The notes under the pieces: model-generated | Databases searched by the model: none | Told to the model about the DNA's origin: nothing | What the model saw: only the letters and a program-made list of their open reading frames with translations | NCBI GenBank assembly: GCA_003558335.1 | Contig: PWMA01000154.1 | Coordinates: forward strand, 1 to 43,753 | Length of the DNA: 43,753 nt | Direction: 5' to 3' | DNA from: Candidatus Methanofastidiosia archaeon | Lineage (GTDB): Archaea > Methanobacteriota_B > Thermococci > Methanofastidiosales > Methanofastidiosaceae | Translations under genes and position numbers: made by a program | In this document: in pieces, positions 19,456-28,040 of the stretch | Position numbering within the stretch: the stretch's first letter is position 1 | Layout: every line of letters starts with the position of its first letter

Positions 19456-20248
19456 TGTTCTTTCAGATATTAAAAAAGATTATATGGTAAGTCTATTGAA
19501 AAACGGCAAACGTGAAGATGGGAGAGGACTCAATGACATGAGAGACCTAAAAATTGACATAGGCATTGTAAATAAGGCTGAAGGTTCTTGCTATGTCCAA
19601 ATTGGAGATACAAAAGTTATTGCTGGAGTTAAATGCGAAACAGGAACACCCTTCCCGGATACTCCAAATCAAGGAGTTTTTACTACAAATGCAGAATTAA
19701 TTCCTATGGCCTCCCCTGACTTTGAAGCCGGACCTCCAAGGGAGGATTCAATAGAACTTGCAAGGGTAGTTGATAGAGGAATTCGAGAGTCAGGTGCAAT
19801 TGATTTTGAAAAATTAGTTATTAAAGAAGGAGAACTTGTTAGAGTTTTATTTGTAGATATACACATAATGGATTACAATGGAAATCTATTTGATGCGGCA
19901 GGCATTGCTGCAATAGCAGCTCTTTACAATGCTAAAATACCAGTATTAGATGAAGAGGGAAACAAAACGGAAGAGCAAATACCTTTGCCAATGAGGAAAA
20001 TTCCTGTACCTTGTACATATGTAAAAATAGCAGATTCACTATTATATGATCCATCTTTTGAGGAAGAAAGTGTAATGGATTCAAGAATAACAGTTACAAC
20101 TGAAGACAAAGGAAACATAGCCGCAATGCAAAAAGGAGACGTGGGAAGCTTTAAAAAAGAAGAGATTTTAGAGATTGTTAGAAGATCAAAGGCACGCGGT
20201 GACGAAATAAGATCAATTTTAAACGAAAAATTCTCTGATATGAGGTGA
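19448..20248 (+). CDS. rrp42: exosome complex subunit Rrp42 (RNase PH-like, inactive)
   Basis: [15 protein letters not shown]...[17 protein letters not shown] 19448 lies 9 nt after GAGGGAGG and overlaps the rrp41 stop. Confidence 0.9.
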   Translation: MSSVLSDIKKDYMVSLLKNGKREDGRGLNDMRDLKIDIGIVNKAEGSCYVQIGDTKVIAGVKCETGTPFPDTPNQGVFTTNAELIPMASPDFEAGPPREDSIELARVVDRGIRESGAIDFEKLVIKEGELVRVLFVDIHIMDYNGNLFDAAGIAAIAALYNAKIPVLDEEGNKTEEQIPLPMRKIPVPCTYVKIADSLLYDPSFEEESVMDSRITVTTEDKGNIAAMQKGDVGSFKKEEILEIVRRSKARGDEIRSILNEKFSDMR

Positions 20249-20253
20249 TTATT

Positions 20254-20508
20254 ATGGCAGTTTCAAAAAAATCGAGCAGCGCAGGGAGATTTGGACCAAG
20301 ATATGGCAGAAGAATCAGGGTTAAGATTTCTAACATTGAATCACAGATGAAACAAAAACATAAATGTCCACAATGTGGAAGGAAATCAGTAAAGAGAGTA
20401 AGCACCGCTATATGGGAATGCTCAAAATGCGATACTAAATTTGCAGGAGGAACATATATTCCAGATACTCCTGTGGGAAGACTTTCACGAAAGGCGTCTT
20501 TAAAATAG
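20254..20508 (+). CDS. rpl37ae: 50S ribosomal protein L37Ae (eL43)
   Basis: GRFGPRYGRRIR and the zinc ribbon CPQCG...CSKC. ATG lies 5 nt after GAGGTGA. Confidence 0.9.
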   Translation: MAVSKKSSSAGRFGPRYGRRIRVKISNIESQMKQKHKCPQCGRKSVKRVSTAIWECSKCDTKFAGGTYIPDTPVGRLSRKASLK

Positions 20509-20519
20509 GAAGTGAGTAA

Positions 20520-20660
20520 TTGTATAAATGTATAGAGTGTAAAAGAATACTTACTCCTACAGAACTTGATGATATAAGAGGGATTAAGTGTCCTTATTGT
20601 GGAAACAGAATCTTTGTCAAGATGAGACCTGAATTGTCAAAGTCTGTTCCAGCACGTTAA
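20520..20660 (+). CDS. rpoP: DNA-directed RNA polymerase subunit P (Rpo12/RpoP)
   Basis: Not in the ORF track (46 aa). TTG start follows GGAAGTGAG. Translation is (M)[45 protein letters not shown] with a CxxC...CxxC zinc ribbon. It holds the canonical slot between L37Ae and Brix. Confidence 0.8.
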   Translation: MYKCIECKRILTPTELDDIRGIKCPYCGNRIFVKMRPELSKSVPAR

Positions 20661-20661
20661 T

Positions 20662-21174
20662 ATGATACTTGTTTCAACCTCTAGAAGGCCATCTACAAGG
20701 ACAAGATCCTTTGTAAAAGAGCTCTTAGATGTTATACCTCTTTCTTTTCAAGTTACAAGGGGTAAAAAATCTATTGAAGAACTAATAGACATTGCTGTTC
20801 TCAAAGGATGTAGAAGATTACTTATAGTAGAATCAAAAGATGGAAATCCCGCCATTCTTTCTTTCATGCATGTTGATAAGAAAGAATGGAAATGGATTGG
20901 CATAATGTATGTTACAGTATCTCTTAGAAGAGAAATAAGAATAACTCATGAAATTGATAAATTTGATGATGATGTGCCTTTGCTTATAAAAGGTGAAAAA
21001 AATGATTTTTTTGATTTTACTAAAGAAATGTTCGCATGTAAAAACTATGTTGAAAACTTAGAATATCCTATTATTTTATGCAATGAGGGATCTATTAACT
21101 TTTTAAGACACGACATCTCTAGTGAATTACTAGGTCCCAAAATTAATGTATTCAAATGGAAGCGTTTATCCTGA
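20662..21174 (+). CDS. Brix-domain (Imp4-like) ribosome biogenesis protein
   Basis: MILVSTSRRPSTRTRSFVKEL is the archaeal Brix N-terminus. It holds the conserved superoperon position. Confidence 0.8.
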   Translation: MILVSTSRRPSTRTRSFVKELLDVIPLSFQVTRGKKSIEELIDIAVLKGCRRLLIVESKDGNPAILSFMHVDKKEWKWIGIMYVTVSLRREIRITHEIDKFDDDVPLLIKGEKNDFFDFTKEMFACKNYVENLEYPIILCNEGSINFLRHDISSELLGPKINVFKWKRLS

Positions 21175-21578
21175 TGTCAATAACAAAAAATAAATCAAGA
21201 GGAGTCCGGGCGGAATACGAAGTCAAAAAATTCCTCCTTGAAAACGGATTTTTTGTCTTTAGTAAAAGAGTAAGTCAGAGTGGACCGGATGTTATAGCTA
21301 TAAAAGATCAAAACATACTAGTAATTGAAGTTAAAAATACTAAACTATCTAGAGTTCAAATTAAAGGTTCTCAGCTAAAATCTCTTTCAGAAACAGCTGC
21401 AGAAATATCTAAAAAAACTATTCTATACCCAATAATAATCCTTGCTGTTAAATTTTCTTCAAAAAAAACTGGATGGGCCTTTATTTCTATTGAAAATGAA
21501 AAATTTGAAGATAAAATAATTATAAAGGAACAAGAAAAACTGTTAGAACTAAGCAAAGGCTTAAAAAGTTTCATTTGA
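21174..21578 (+). CDS. hjc: Holliday junction resolvase Hjc-like nuclease
   Basis: The pattern SRGVRAEYEVKKFLLENGF...GPDVIAIKD...LVIEVK supplies the E...D...ExK catalytic set of Hjc. ATG overlaps the Brix TGA (TGATG). Confidence 0.65.
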   Translation: MSITKNKSRGVRAEYEVKKFLLENGFFVFSKRVSQSGPDVIAIKDQNILVIEVKNTKLSRVQIKGSQLKSLSETAAEISKKTILYPIIILAVKFSSKKTGWAFISIENEKFEDKIIIKEQEKLLELSKGLKSFI

Positions 21579-21602
21579 GACTTAGAGAATAGAGAGGGTC
21601 AG

Positions 21603-21914
21603 ATGCAAAAAAAATCAAATACAAGATATTCAAAAAATCCTAGAAAGTTTAAACAAAAAACTCAGTCTAATAAAAACAGAAAGCTAAATATGGCAAGAGT
21701 TTCAGATTTCAAATGGGATTTAAATCAAATACTAAATAAATTACCTGAGGACAAGGCAGGATTGATACGTGGACCTCTCTATGCAAAAGCTTCAAAAATA
21801 AGTGTCGACGAAGCTAAAAAGTTTTTGAAGGAAAAAGAAGAAGAAGGGGTAATTGAAAAAGAAATAGCTATAGAAATACTCCGGGTCTTGACAAAATATT
21901 CAAAATTTAGATAA
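21603..21914 (+). CDS. hypothetical small protein with Lys/Arg-rich N-tail and helical (possibly winged-helix-like) body
   Basis: MQKKSNTRYSKNPRKFKQKTQSNKNRKLN, then ...LYAKASKISVDEAKKFLKEKEEEGVI. GAGAGGG lies upstream. No family was recognised. Confidence 0.45.
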   Translation: MQKKSNTRYSKNPRKFKQKTQSNKNRKLNMARVSDFKWDLNQILNKLPEDKAGLIRGPLYAKASKISVDEAKKFLKEKEEEGVIEKEIAIEILRVLTKYSKFR

Positions 21915-22017
21915 TCTTTCTTGTTAAGTATATTAAATAATAATCTATTAGGGAAATTTATTTATATATAGTGTTGTTATTGTAAAATATACTCTATATA
22001 GGAGATTTATCGATAAG

Positions 22018-22491
22018 ATGCCCTACGATCCGAAAATAGATTACTATGAATTAATTGGAGATATTACACCTTCATCTAATTTAAAACAGATTAAGAGATC
22101 CTACAGAAAAAAAGCTTTAAAATATCATCCGGATAAAAATCCTGGAAAAGAAGAATGGGCTAAAAATAAATTTCTTGAGCTAAAATATATTTATGAAATT
22201 CTTATAGATAAAGAAAAAAAAGAGCGATATGATATAGATAGAGAAAAATACTTATCTTTTAAAAATCCTACTAGTTATGAAGTGCGGCCTGATTGGAAAT
22301 ATACAACAAATCTCAATATTAACTCTCTAGATATAAATCTAAATTCGATAAATTTTGTAAAAAGAAAACCTTATGTAGTTCATGATTATGGAAAAGACTC
22401 AAACCAAATTTTCATAAGAGTTTTTATTTATTCAGTTATGTTTATTATGGTTTTAGTTACAATATATATGTTAATCTATATTAATCAATAA
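22018..22491 (+). CDS. J-domain (DnaJ-like) protein with C-terminal transmembrane anchor
   Basis: DYYELIG...IKRSYRKKALKYHPDKNPG carries the HPD motif. C-terminal TM is IFIRVFIYSVMFIMVLVTIYMLIYI. No G/F or zinc-finger region is present. Confidence 0.8.
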   Translation: MPYDPKIDYYELIGDITPSSNLKQIKRSYRKKALKYHPDKNPGKEEWAKNKFLELKYIYEILIDKEKKERYDIDREKYLSFKNPTSYEVRPDWKYTTNLNINSLDINLNSINFVKRKPYVVHDYGKDSNQIFIRVFIYSVMFIMVLVTIYMLIYINQ

Positions 22492-23353
22492 GTGCCTTTT
22501 TTTCTATATACTTTTCCACCATTTTGGCATTCAATAGAGGCACTTTTAATCCCATAAGTATTTTCTCTGCAGCAATTCTTTTCAAGATTTCTCTTTCCCC
22601 ATGGTCCTGAGATATTCTTTCAAGATCTTTAATAAATTCTGAGGAATTCAACTTTGAAAGAACTGCCGAAATATCTTCTTCTTTAAACCTACTTTTTTTT
22701 GGTATCATATCTTCTACAAGTTTATCAAGAGACTTCATATCAAACTTGTCAGACATAAAATCATATATTTTGTTATTGAATGATTCTCTAATTGATAGTA
22801 AAAGCATTGCTATATCAAAGTCTTCAGTAAGTTCTTCAACTTCCATTCTCTTTACACACTTCCAACCATTATAGTTTCCCAAAAAATGGACCATTTCTTT
22901 ATTTGTTTCAAGTTCATTTCCCTTATCTTGAATAGGATTCTCTCCAAGATAGTTATCAAAGACATCTGGCGTAAGTCTTTCAATGCCTAGTTTTTCTAGC
23001 ACCATTTCTGTCAGGATCCCCTTTGCAATACTTTTTGCTTCCTTTATAGTTGCTATTTCCGATAATTTTTTTGTTGTAGCAGGAGATTTTACCTTATAAA
23101 GAGCACTAGAAATTCCATCCCCTTCACTTATAATTGAATTAACTATGTTTTGTATATAATTAAGATCAAAATCTTGCCCCAAATATTCAAATATTTTTTC
23201 ATTAAATGATTCTCTTATAGATAATAACAATCGTGCCATATCGAGTTTATCTTTTTCTTCAATAGTTTCAAAACCTTTGTAGCATTTCCATCCTTTATAA
23301 TTACCGATGAACTCAACTTTTTCAGGCATAGCCATCCGATCACCTAATTTCAT
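22481..23353 (-). CDS. hypothetical protein built from two tandem homologous modules of about 140 aa
   Basis: Module 1 is VEFIGNYKGWKCYKG...MARLLLSIRESFNEKIFEYLGQDFD. Module 2 is VHFLGNYNGWKCVKR...IAMLLLSIRESFNNKIYDFMSDKFD. No family was recognised. Confidence 0.55.
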   Translation of the reverse strand: MKLGDRMAMPEKVEFIGNYKGWKCYKGFETIEEKDKLDMARLLLSIRESFNEKIFEYLGQDFDLNYIQNIVNSIISEGDGISSALYKVKSPATTKKLSEIATIKEAKSIAKGILTEMVLEKLGIERLTPDVFDNYLGENPIQDKGNELETNKEMVHFLGNYNGWKCVKRMEVEELTEDFDIAMLLLSIRESFNNKIYDFMSDKFDMKSLDKLVEDMIPKKSRFKEEDISAVLSKLNSSEFIKDLERISQDHGEREILKRIAAEKILMGLKVPLLNAKMVEKYIEKKALID

Positions 23354-23443
23354 TGGACCGTTCTTGTTTAAAAATGTTTACCGAATTATTTGGTATTATC
23401 AAAAAGAAATATAAAAACTAAATTATAAGAAAGATGAGAGAAT

Positions 23444-24352
23444 ATGAGGATAACTTTTGTTGGTTCAGGTGCAATAGGAAGTCTTTTTGGAGGCCTTCTA
23501 AAAAAAGGAGGATCAGATGTCTTACTTATAGGAAGACAGGATCATGTGAGATCTATAAAAAGAAATGGGTTAACTATCTCTGGAATTGAAAAATTTACAA
23601 TTAATATAGATGCTTCCACAAATCCTCTTGATGCAGAGGATTCAGATCTTATTGTGATCACAACTAAAGCATATGATACTAAAAAAGCACTTCTAGATGT
23701 CGTACCCATTTTAACTAATAATATAAAAGTAATGTCTCTGCAAAACGGTGTGGGAAACATTGAAGAAATCTCTAAATACGTTGAAGACCATAATGTCTTA
23801 GGATCAGTAACTAGCATGGGAGCTTTACTTGAAGCTCCAGGCAAGGTACAATTTAGGGGAAAGGGAACTACCTTTGTTGGCGAACTATCAAAGGAAGGCA
23901 AATATGCAAAAAAAATATCAAATATATTTAATAACGCCGGAATAAAAACACAGTTTACAAATGATATATTCTGTGAGATATGGTCAAAAGCCATAATTAA
24001 CTCTGCAATAAATCCAATTGCTTCTATTTTTGACAATAAAAATGGTATCCTTTTAGATGAGAATCTTCTAAAAATTGTAAGAGAGGTTACAAATGAAGGA
24101 AGGACAATTCTTCAAAAAGATGGAATAAATATTCCAAACGATATTTTTGAAAAAACATTAGAGGTCATTAATAATACTTCTAACAATATCAATTCTACTC
24201 TTTCAGATCTTAGGAATGGGAATAAAACAGAAATTGATTATATTTCTGGTAAAATCGTGGAAGTTGGACATAAATTAGGTTTACCTACATCTTACAATAA
24301 GACACTATTTGATATGATCAAATACAAAGAAAATATACTATTAAAATCTTAA
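23444..24352 (+). CDS. panE: 2-dehydropantoate 2-reductase (ketopantoate reductase, PanE/ApbA family)
   Basis: MRITFVGSGAIGSLFGGLL Rossmann N-terminus, and the K...N...E pattern in the C-terminal domain (SKAIINSAINP, STLSDLRNGNKTEIDYISG). Confidence 0.8.
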   Translation: MRITFVGSGAIGSLFGGLLKKGGSDVLLIGRQDHVRSIKRNGLTISGIEKFTINIDASTNPLDAEDSDLIVITTKAYDTKKALLDVVPILTNNIKVMSLQNGVGNIEEISKYVEDHNVLGSVTSMGALLEAPGKVQFRGKGTTFVGELSKEGKYAKKISNIFNNAGIKTQFTNDIFCEIWSKAIINSAINPIASIFDNKNGILLDENLLKIVREVTNEGRTILQKDGINIPNDIFEKTLEVINNTSNNINSTLSDLRNGNKTEIDYISGKIVEVGHKLGLPTSYNKTLFDMIKYKENILLKS

Positions 24353-24467
24353 TAAATAGAGTTCATGTTCTCTCTAGAATATATATTTAAATTCAAATGT
24401 TAATAATGAGTCATATAACAGAAAAGCATTTTAATATTTACCAACTAAAAAGTAATTAGGTGTTTTG

Positions 24468-25514
24468 ATGGACGACGATGTGTCCTTTATAATGTCAAAA
24501 TTGATGGAAAAGGGTTATACAGAATCTCAAATAAAGGAGAAAATAAAATTAAAAAAAGAGTCACTAATGTATGATATAACAACCAAAGGTATAATTTCTA
24601 TGATTGCCTCTGAAGAAGGAATAACTCTCCCTGGAAAAGAGGATACCAATATTGAATCATTGAAAGAGGGAATGAAGGATGTCAATGTCTTAGGTAGGAT
24701 TTCTAGAAAATATCTTCCAAAAGAATTTACGAGAGACGATGGCTCCCGAGGGGTAGTACTGAATGCATTCCTAACTGACAATACGGGAGAGATTCCATTG
24801 GTTTTTTGGGATGAAAACGCTGTCAATTACAATGAAGAGTTGAAAAAAGGAGATGTAATCAAAATTATTTCTGGACAGATCAAAGGCAGCTTGAAAGGAC
24901 CACAACTTCACATTTCTTCAAAAAGTAAGGTAATTATAAATCCTGAAGGAATAGATGAATCTATTTTACCTGATTCATATAATATTCACTCTTTAAAATA
25001 TGAACGAGTTATGATTTCTGAATTAGAACCTGGGGACAAGTTCAAAGAAATTAGAGGGACCATCGCCAAATTATATTCTGTATTTTTTTATGATGGCTGT
25101 TCAAAGTGCTATAAAAAAATTGATTCAACTCAAAAAGGATTTTGCAAATATTGTAAGATTGAGACATCACCTATAAAGATTGCCATATTAGACGTAGGAT
25201 TAGACGATTCGAGTGGGTATATAAGGGCTTCCTTTTTTAAAGATAGAGCAGAAAAAATCTTGAATGTTTCAAGCGATGAAATATATCAACAAGTAAAAAA
25301 TTATCTTGAAAAAGGATTTAATTTGAGAAATGCGGGAGAAACTTATTTATCTGAAAACCATTATATTTTATTGGGAAAAGAAGTGCTGATTTCTGGAAAA
25401 GTTGCAGAAAGTGAATTTGTTGGAAGTGTATTCCAAGTACATAATATACACGACATAGATCTAGAAGAAGAAATCGATATAGTTTTAGAGGCCATAGAGA
25501 AGGAGATCAAATGA
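24468..25514 (+). CDS. replication protein A large subunit (Thermococcales RPA41-like; OB fold + zinc ribbon)
   Basis: IRGTIAKLYSVFFYDGCSKCYKKI...CKYCK...ILDVGLDDSSGYIRASFF closely parallels the recalled Pyrococcus RPA41 sequence. Confidence 0.8.
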   Translation: MDDDVSFIMSKLMEKGYTESQIKEKIKLKKESLMYDITTKGIISMIASEEGITLPGKEDTNIESLKEGMKDVNVLGRISRKYLPKEFTRDDGSRGVVLNAFLTDNTGEIPLVFWDENAVNYNEELKKGDVIKIISGQIKGSLKGPQLHISSKSKVIINPEGIDESILPDSYNIHSLKYERVMISELEPGDKFKEIRGTIAKLYSVFFYDGCSKCYKKIDSTQKGFCKYCKIETSPIKIAILDVGLDDSSGYIRASFFKDRAEKILNVSSDEIYQQVKNYLEKGFNLRNAGETYLSENHYILLGKEVLISGKVAESEFVGSVFQVHNIHDIDLEEEIDIVLEAIEKEIK

Positions 25515-25822
25515 AACACAACTATTCTATTGAGATGGATATAGGCAATGTCAAAGGAGATGAACCATTAGTTTCTTTCATAGGTGTAGTAGTTTCTATA
25601 GACCCATCAACTTATATGATGATCATTGATGATGGAACAGGAGCAATAAGTGTTTCCTCAGATATGCTTTATGACGTAGAAAAAATACTAAGGGTAATTG
25701 GCATCCCATATAAAGAAGGTGGACAGATAATTGTAGATTCTGATATAATCCAAGACTTTTCTGATTTTAAAATAGATCTCTTCAGAAAAGTACAAGACAT
25801 TGAGAAGGAGGTCTATCAATGA
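25511..25822 (+). CDS. replication protein A small subunit (RPA14-like OB fold)
   Basis: 103 aa with an OB-like core (VSFIGVVVSIDPSTYMMIIDDGTGAISV). It is coupled by 4-nt overlaps between the RPA41-like and RPA32-like genes. Confidence 0.6.
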   Translation: MKHNYSIEMDIGNVKGDEPLVSFIGVVVSIDPSTYMMIIDDGTGAISVSSDMLYDVEKILRVIGIPYKEGGQIIVDSDIIQDFSDFKIDLFRKVQDIEKEVYQ

Positions 25823-26586
25823 AAAAAAGAATGCCATCTTCAAGATTGTCTTTAGCAGAAATTCAAAAAGGTTATTTTGTAAAACCTGAAGATGACTTTG
25901 CAACTAATTATGTTATTACTCAAGATGGTTTGAAGGTTTATAGGCTAAAAGGAATTGCAACAATAATGTCAGAACCTAGATTATCCGATGATGGTACCTA
26001 TGGCTCAGTTTTTCTAGACGATGGATCACAAAACATAGTTGCTCTAGCATTCAGAGAAAATACTAAGCTCTTAATGTCAATTAAGAAAGGAGATTTGGTT
26101 CAGTTCATAGCAAAACTTAATGAGTGGCAGGGTAAAAAGCAGCTTACAATTGAAGCTTTATCTTTAGTTTCTTCCAATATGCTTACCTTACATAGGGCTG
26201 AATCTGTACTTACTAAACTCAAACAGAAAAAATATTTTAATATAGCTCAGAAGATATACGAAGAGGAAAAAAATGTTAGAAAGGCAATGGATCGTGCTAA
26301 AAAAGAAGGAATAAATCCAGACTTGATAGATGCCATTGAAGAGTTAAACTATCTCAAAGAATATGCAGAAGAAAATCGCATCTTTGATTCTGATACAGTT
26401 CTTGAATCAAAAGTTTTAGATGCAATTGAAAAACTTGATGAAGGCGATGGAGTTGTGCTTGATTTAATACTTTATGAATTAAAAGATGACTATGTAGCTG
26501 ATGACATTGATAACGCTGTAAGAGAACTTCTTTCTAGAGGGGATCTATATGAGCCAAAAGTGAACTACTTTAAAAAGACAAATTGA
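25819..26586 (+). CDS. replication protein A middle subunit (RPA32-like OB fold + C-terminal winged helix)
   Basis: OB core LKGIATIMSEPRLSDDGTYGSVFLDDGSQNIVALAF...WQGKKQLTIE plus a C-terminal wHTH-like region. It is third in the coupled operon. Confidence 0.65.
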   Translation: MKKRMPSSRLSLAEIQKGYFVKPEDDFATNYVITQDGLKVYRLKGIATIMSEPRLSDDGTYGSVFLDDGSQNIVALAFRENTKLLMSIKKGDLVQFIAKLNEWQGKKQLTIEALSLVSSNMLTLHRAESVLTKLKQKKYFNIAQKIYEEEKNVRKAMDRAKKEGINPDLIDAIEELNYLKEYAEENRIFDSDTVLESKVLDAIEKLDEGDGVVLDLILYELKDDYVADDIDNAVRELLSRGDLYEPKVNYFKKTN

Positions 26587-26598
26587 TGGTGAGTTATA

Positions 26599-27138
26599 AT
26601 TAGAAAATATCAAATAGGCGTTATCGGATCTGCACGTGGTAATATAGATGAAGATATAAATCTAGTAGCAAAAGAACTTGGAAGAGCTATTGCTAAAAAT
26701 AACTTAATTCTTTTTTCTGGCGCTTGCCCAGGTCTTCCACTTGAAGCTACAATTGGCGCAAAAGAGTTTGAAGGTATCACAGTTGGAATCTCTCCTGCAA
26801 TTAATATAAAAGAACACGTTGAAAACTATAAATATCCATATGATGTATTTGATACATTGATATTTACTGGATCTGGGTATAAAGGCAGAAATGTTACTTT
26901 AGTAAGAAGTTGTGATGCAGTTATTTCCATACAAGGAATGATTGGCACTCTAAATGAGCTTACTATAGCATACGACGAAAAAAAGATTATTGGATTATTA
27001 TTGGGAACAGGAGGAGCTTCTGATCTATTTTTAGATCTTTTAAAGAAAATTGATAAGTCAAACGAAAATGTTTTAACTTCTGATAATCCTTACGATTTAA
27101 TTGAAAAAATAATAGAAGTTTTAGATAGAATTCATTGA
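26599..27138 (+). CDS. LOG/TIGR00725-family (SLOG, Rossmann-like) protein; apparent non-canonical ATT start
   Basis: The frame is open from the TGA at 26590 and reads (I)RKYQIGVIGSARGN...FSGACPGLPLEA...QGMIGTLNELT (LOG-type GxGTxxE). The first ATG/GTG/TTG in frame is TTG 26857, which would remove the Rossmann N-terminus. ATT 26599 lies 5 nt after GGTGAG. Confidence 0.65.
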   Translation: MRKYQIGVIGSARGNIDEDINLVAKELGRAIAKNNLILFSGACPGLPLEATIGAKEFEGITVGISPAINIKEHVENYKYPYDVFDTLIFTGSGYKGRNVTLVRSCDAVISIQGMIGTLNELTIAYDEKKIIGLLLGTGGASDLFLDLLKKIDKSNENVLTSDNPYDLIEKIIEVLDRIH

Positions 27139-27933
27139 GAGTAACCTATCTAAATAATCCTCTTTCAAATCCATTCCAAACACGTCACCATTTCTATGAT
27201 AATCAGAACCTGCAGTAGGTATAAGGGAATATTTTTCTGCAAGCTTCAAATATTCCTCTTGTTCCTCTTTGCTATGTTTAGAATAATATACTTCAAGCCC
27301 CTCAAGACCAACGTCTGCTAAATAGGATATAAAAGTATCAAGATCTTCATTTCTTAAAAAGGTATATTTAGGGTGAGCTAGTACTGGAACACCTTTATAC
27401 TTTTTGATTATCTCAATTGCCTTTTTTATAGAAGGTCTTTCTTTTGAAACATAACATGATTTGTCATTTCCAATGTATCTTTCAAACGCCTCTTTAAAAG
27501 TAGACACATAACCTTTTTTTACCATTATATCTGCGATGTGTGGCCTTCCAATATTGCCCTCAGCACTTGCTTTTAGCTCTTCGATAGTAATTTCAAAACC
27601 AAACTTTTCAAGTTTTTTTAACATTTTCTGATTTCTATCATCTCTTGAATTTTTTAGTTTGTTTACAAAATTTTGGAACTTAAGATTGGTATAATCAACA
27701 AAATAACCCAACATATGTATCTGTTTATCATGTTTTGCGCTTATTTCAAGGGCAGGAATCAGATTTACACCCTTTTCATTTGCAGCCACCATACCTTCAG
27801 GTATGCCATCGATAGTGTCATGGTCTGCAATAGCAATAGTATTGATTCTATTTTCATTAGCTTTGGAAATAATAGCTGTGGGAGAAAGAAGCCCGTCAGA
27901 AGCTGTTGTGTGAACATGTAAATCTACTTTCAT
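27121..27933 (-). CDS. PHP-domain metal-dependent phosphoesterase (TrpH/YciV-like)
   Basis: MKVDLHVHTTASDG...IAIADHDTIDG...LAHP...GSDYH are the PHP motifs. Confidence 0.8.
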   Translation of the reverse strand: MKVDLHVHTTASDGLLSPTAIISKANENRINTIAIADHDTIDGIPEGMVAANEKGVNLIPALEISAKHDKQIHMLGYFVDYTNLKFQNFVNKLKNSRDDRNQKMLKKLEKFGFEITIEELKASAEGNIGRPHIADIMVKKGYVSTFKEAFERYIGNDKSCYVSKERPSIKKAIEIIKKYKGVPVLAHPKYTFLRNEDLDTFISYLADVGLEGLEVYYSKHSKEEQEEYLKLAEKYSLIPTAGSDYHRNGDVFGMDLKEDYLDRLLSMNSI

Positions 27934-28040
27934 AGAAATGATGAAATTTAATTAATTTAAATGACTTTCTGGTTATCAAAAATTACAGGAAGTTCCATAA
28001 TATTTATAAATGATTTTAATAAGGGTTGCAGGGTGAATTA

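Noticed and set aside
21915-22017. 7-bp AT-only inverted repeat TATATAG...CTATATA upstream of the J-domain gene
   Set aside because: The stem is AT-only with a loop of about 22 nt in a TATA-rich promoter region, so it is indistinguishable from chance.
23542-24036. 164-aa minus-strand ORF
   Set aside because: It is antisense to the well-supported panE gene and has no recognisable motif or RBS. Long antisense ORFs are expected in AT-rich, stop-poor shadow frames. The same reasoning covers 7048-7425, 12518-12811, 16204-16512, 16523-16795, 17751-18065, 30025-30300, 30735-31340, 32499-32786 and 35008-35355.
26586-26603. Programmed +1 frameshift from the mini-ORF ATG-GTG-AGT-TAT-AAT-TAG into the LOG-family frame
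   Set aside because: It is possible on paper (AAT-T-AGA at a 0-frame stop). It would add only five non-conserved residues, and the GGTGAG would then lie inside the coding region rather than serve as an RBS. An ATT start or a base-call error is simpler.
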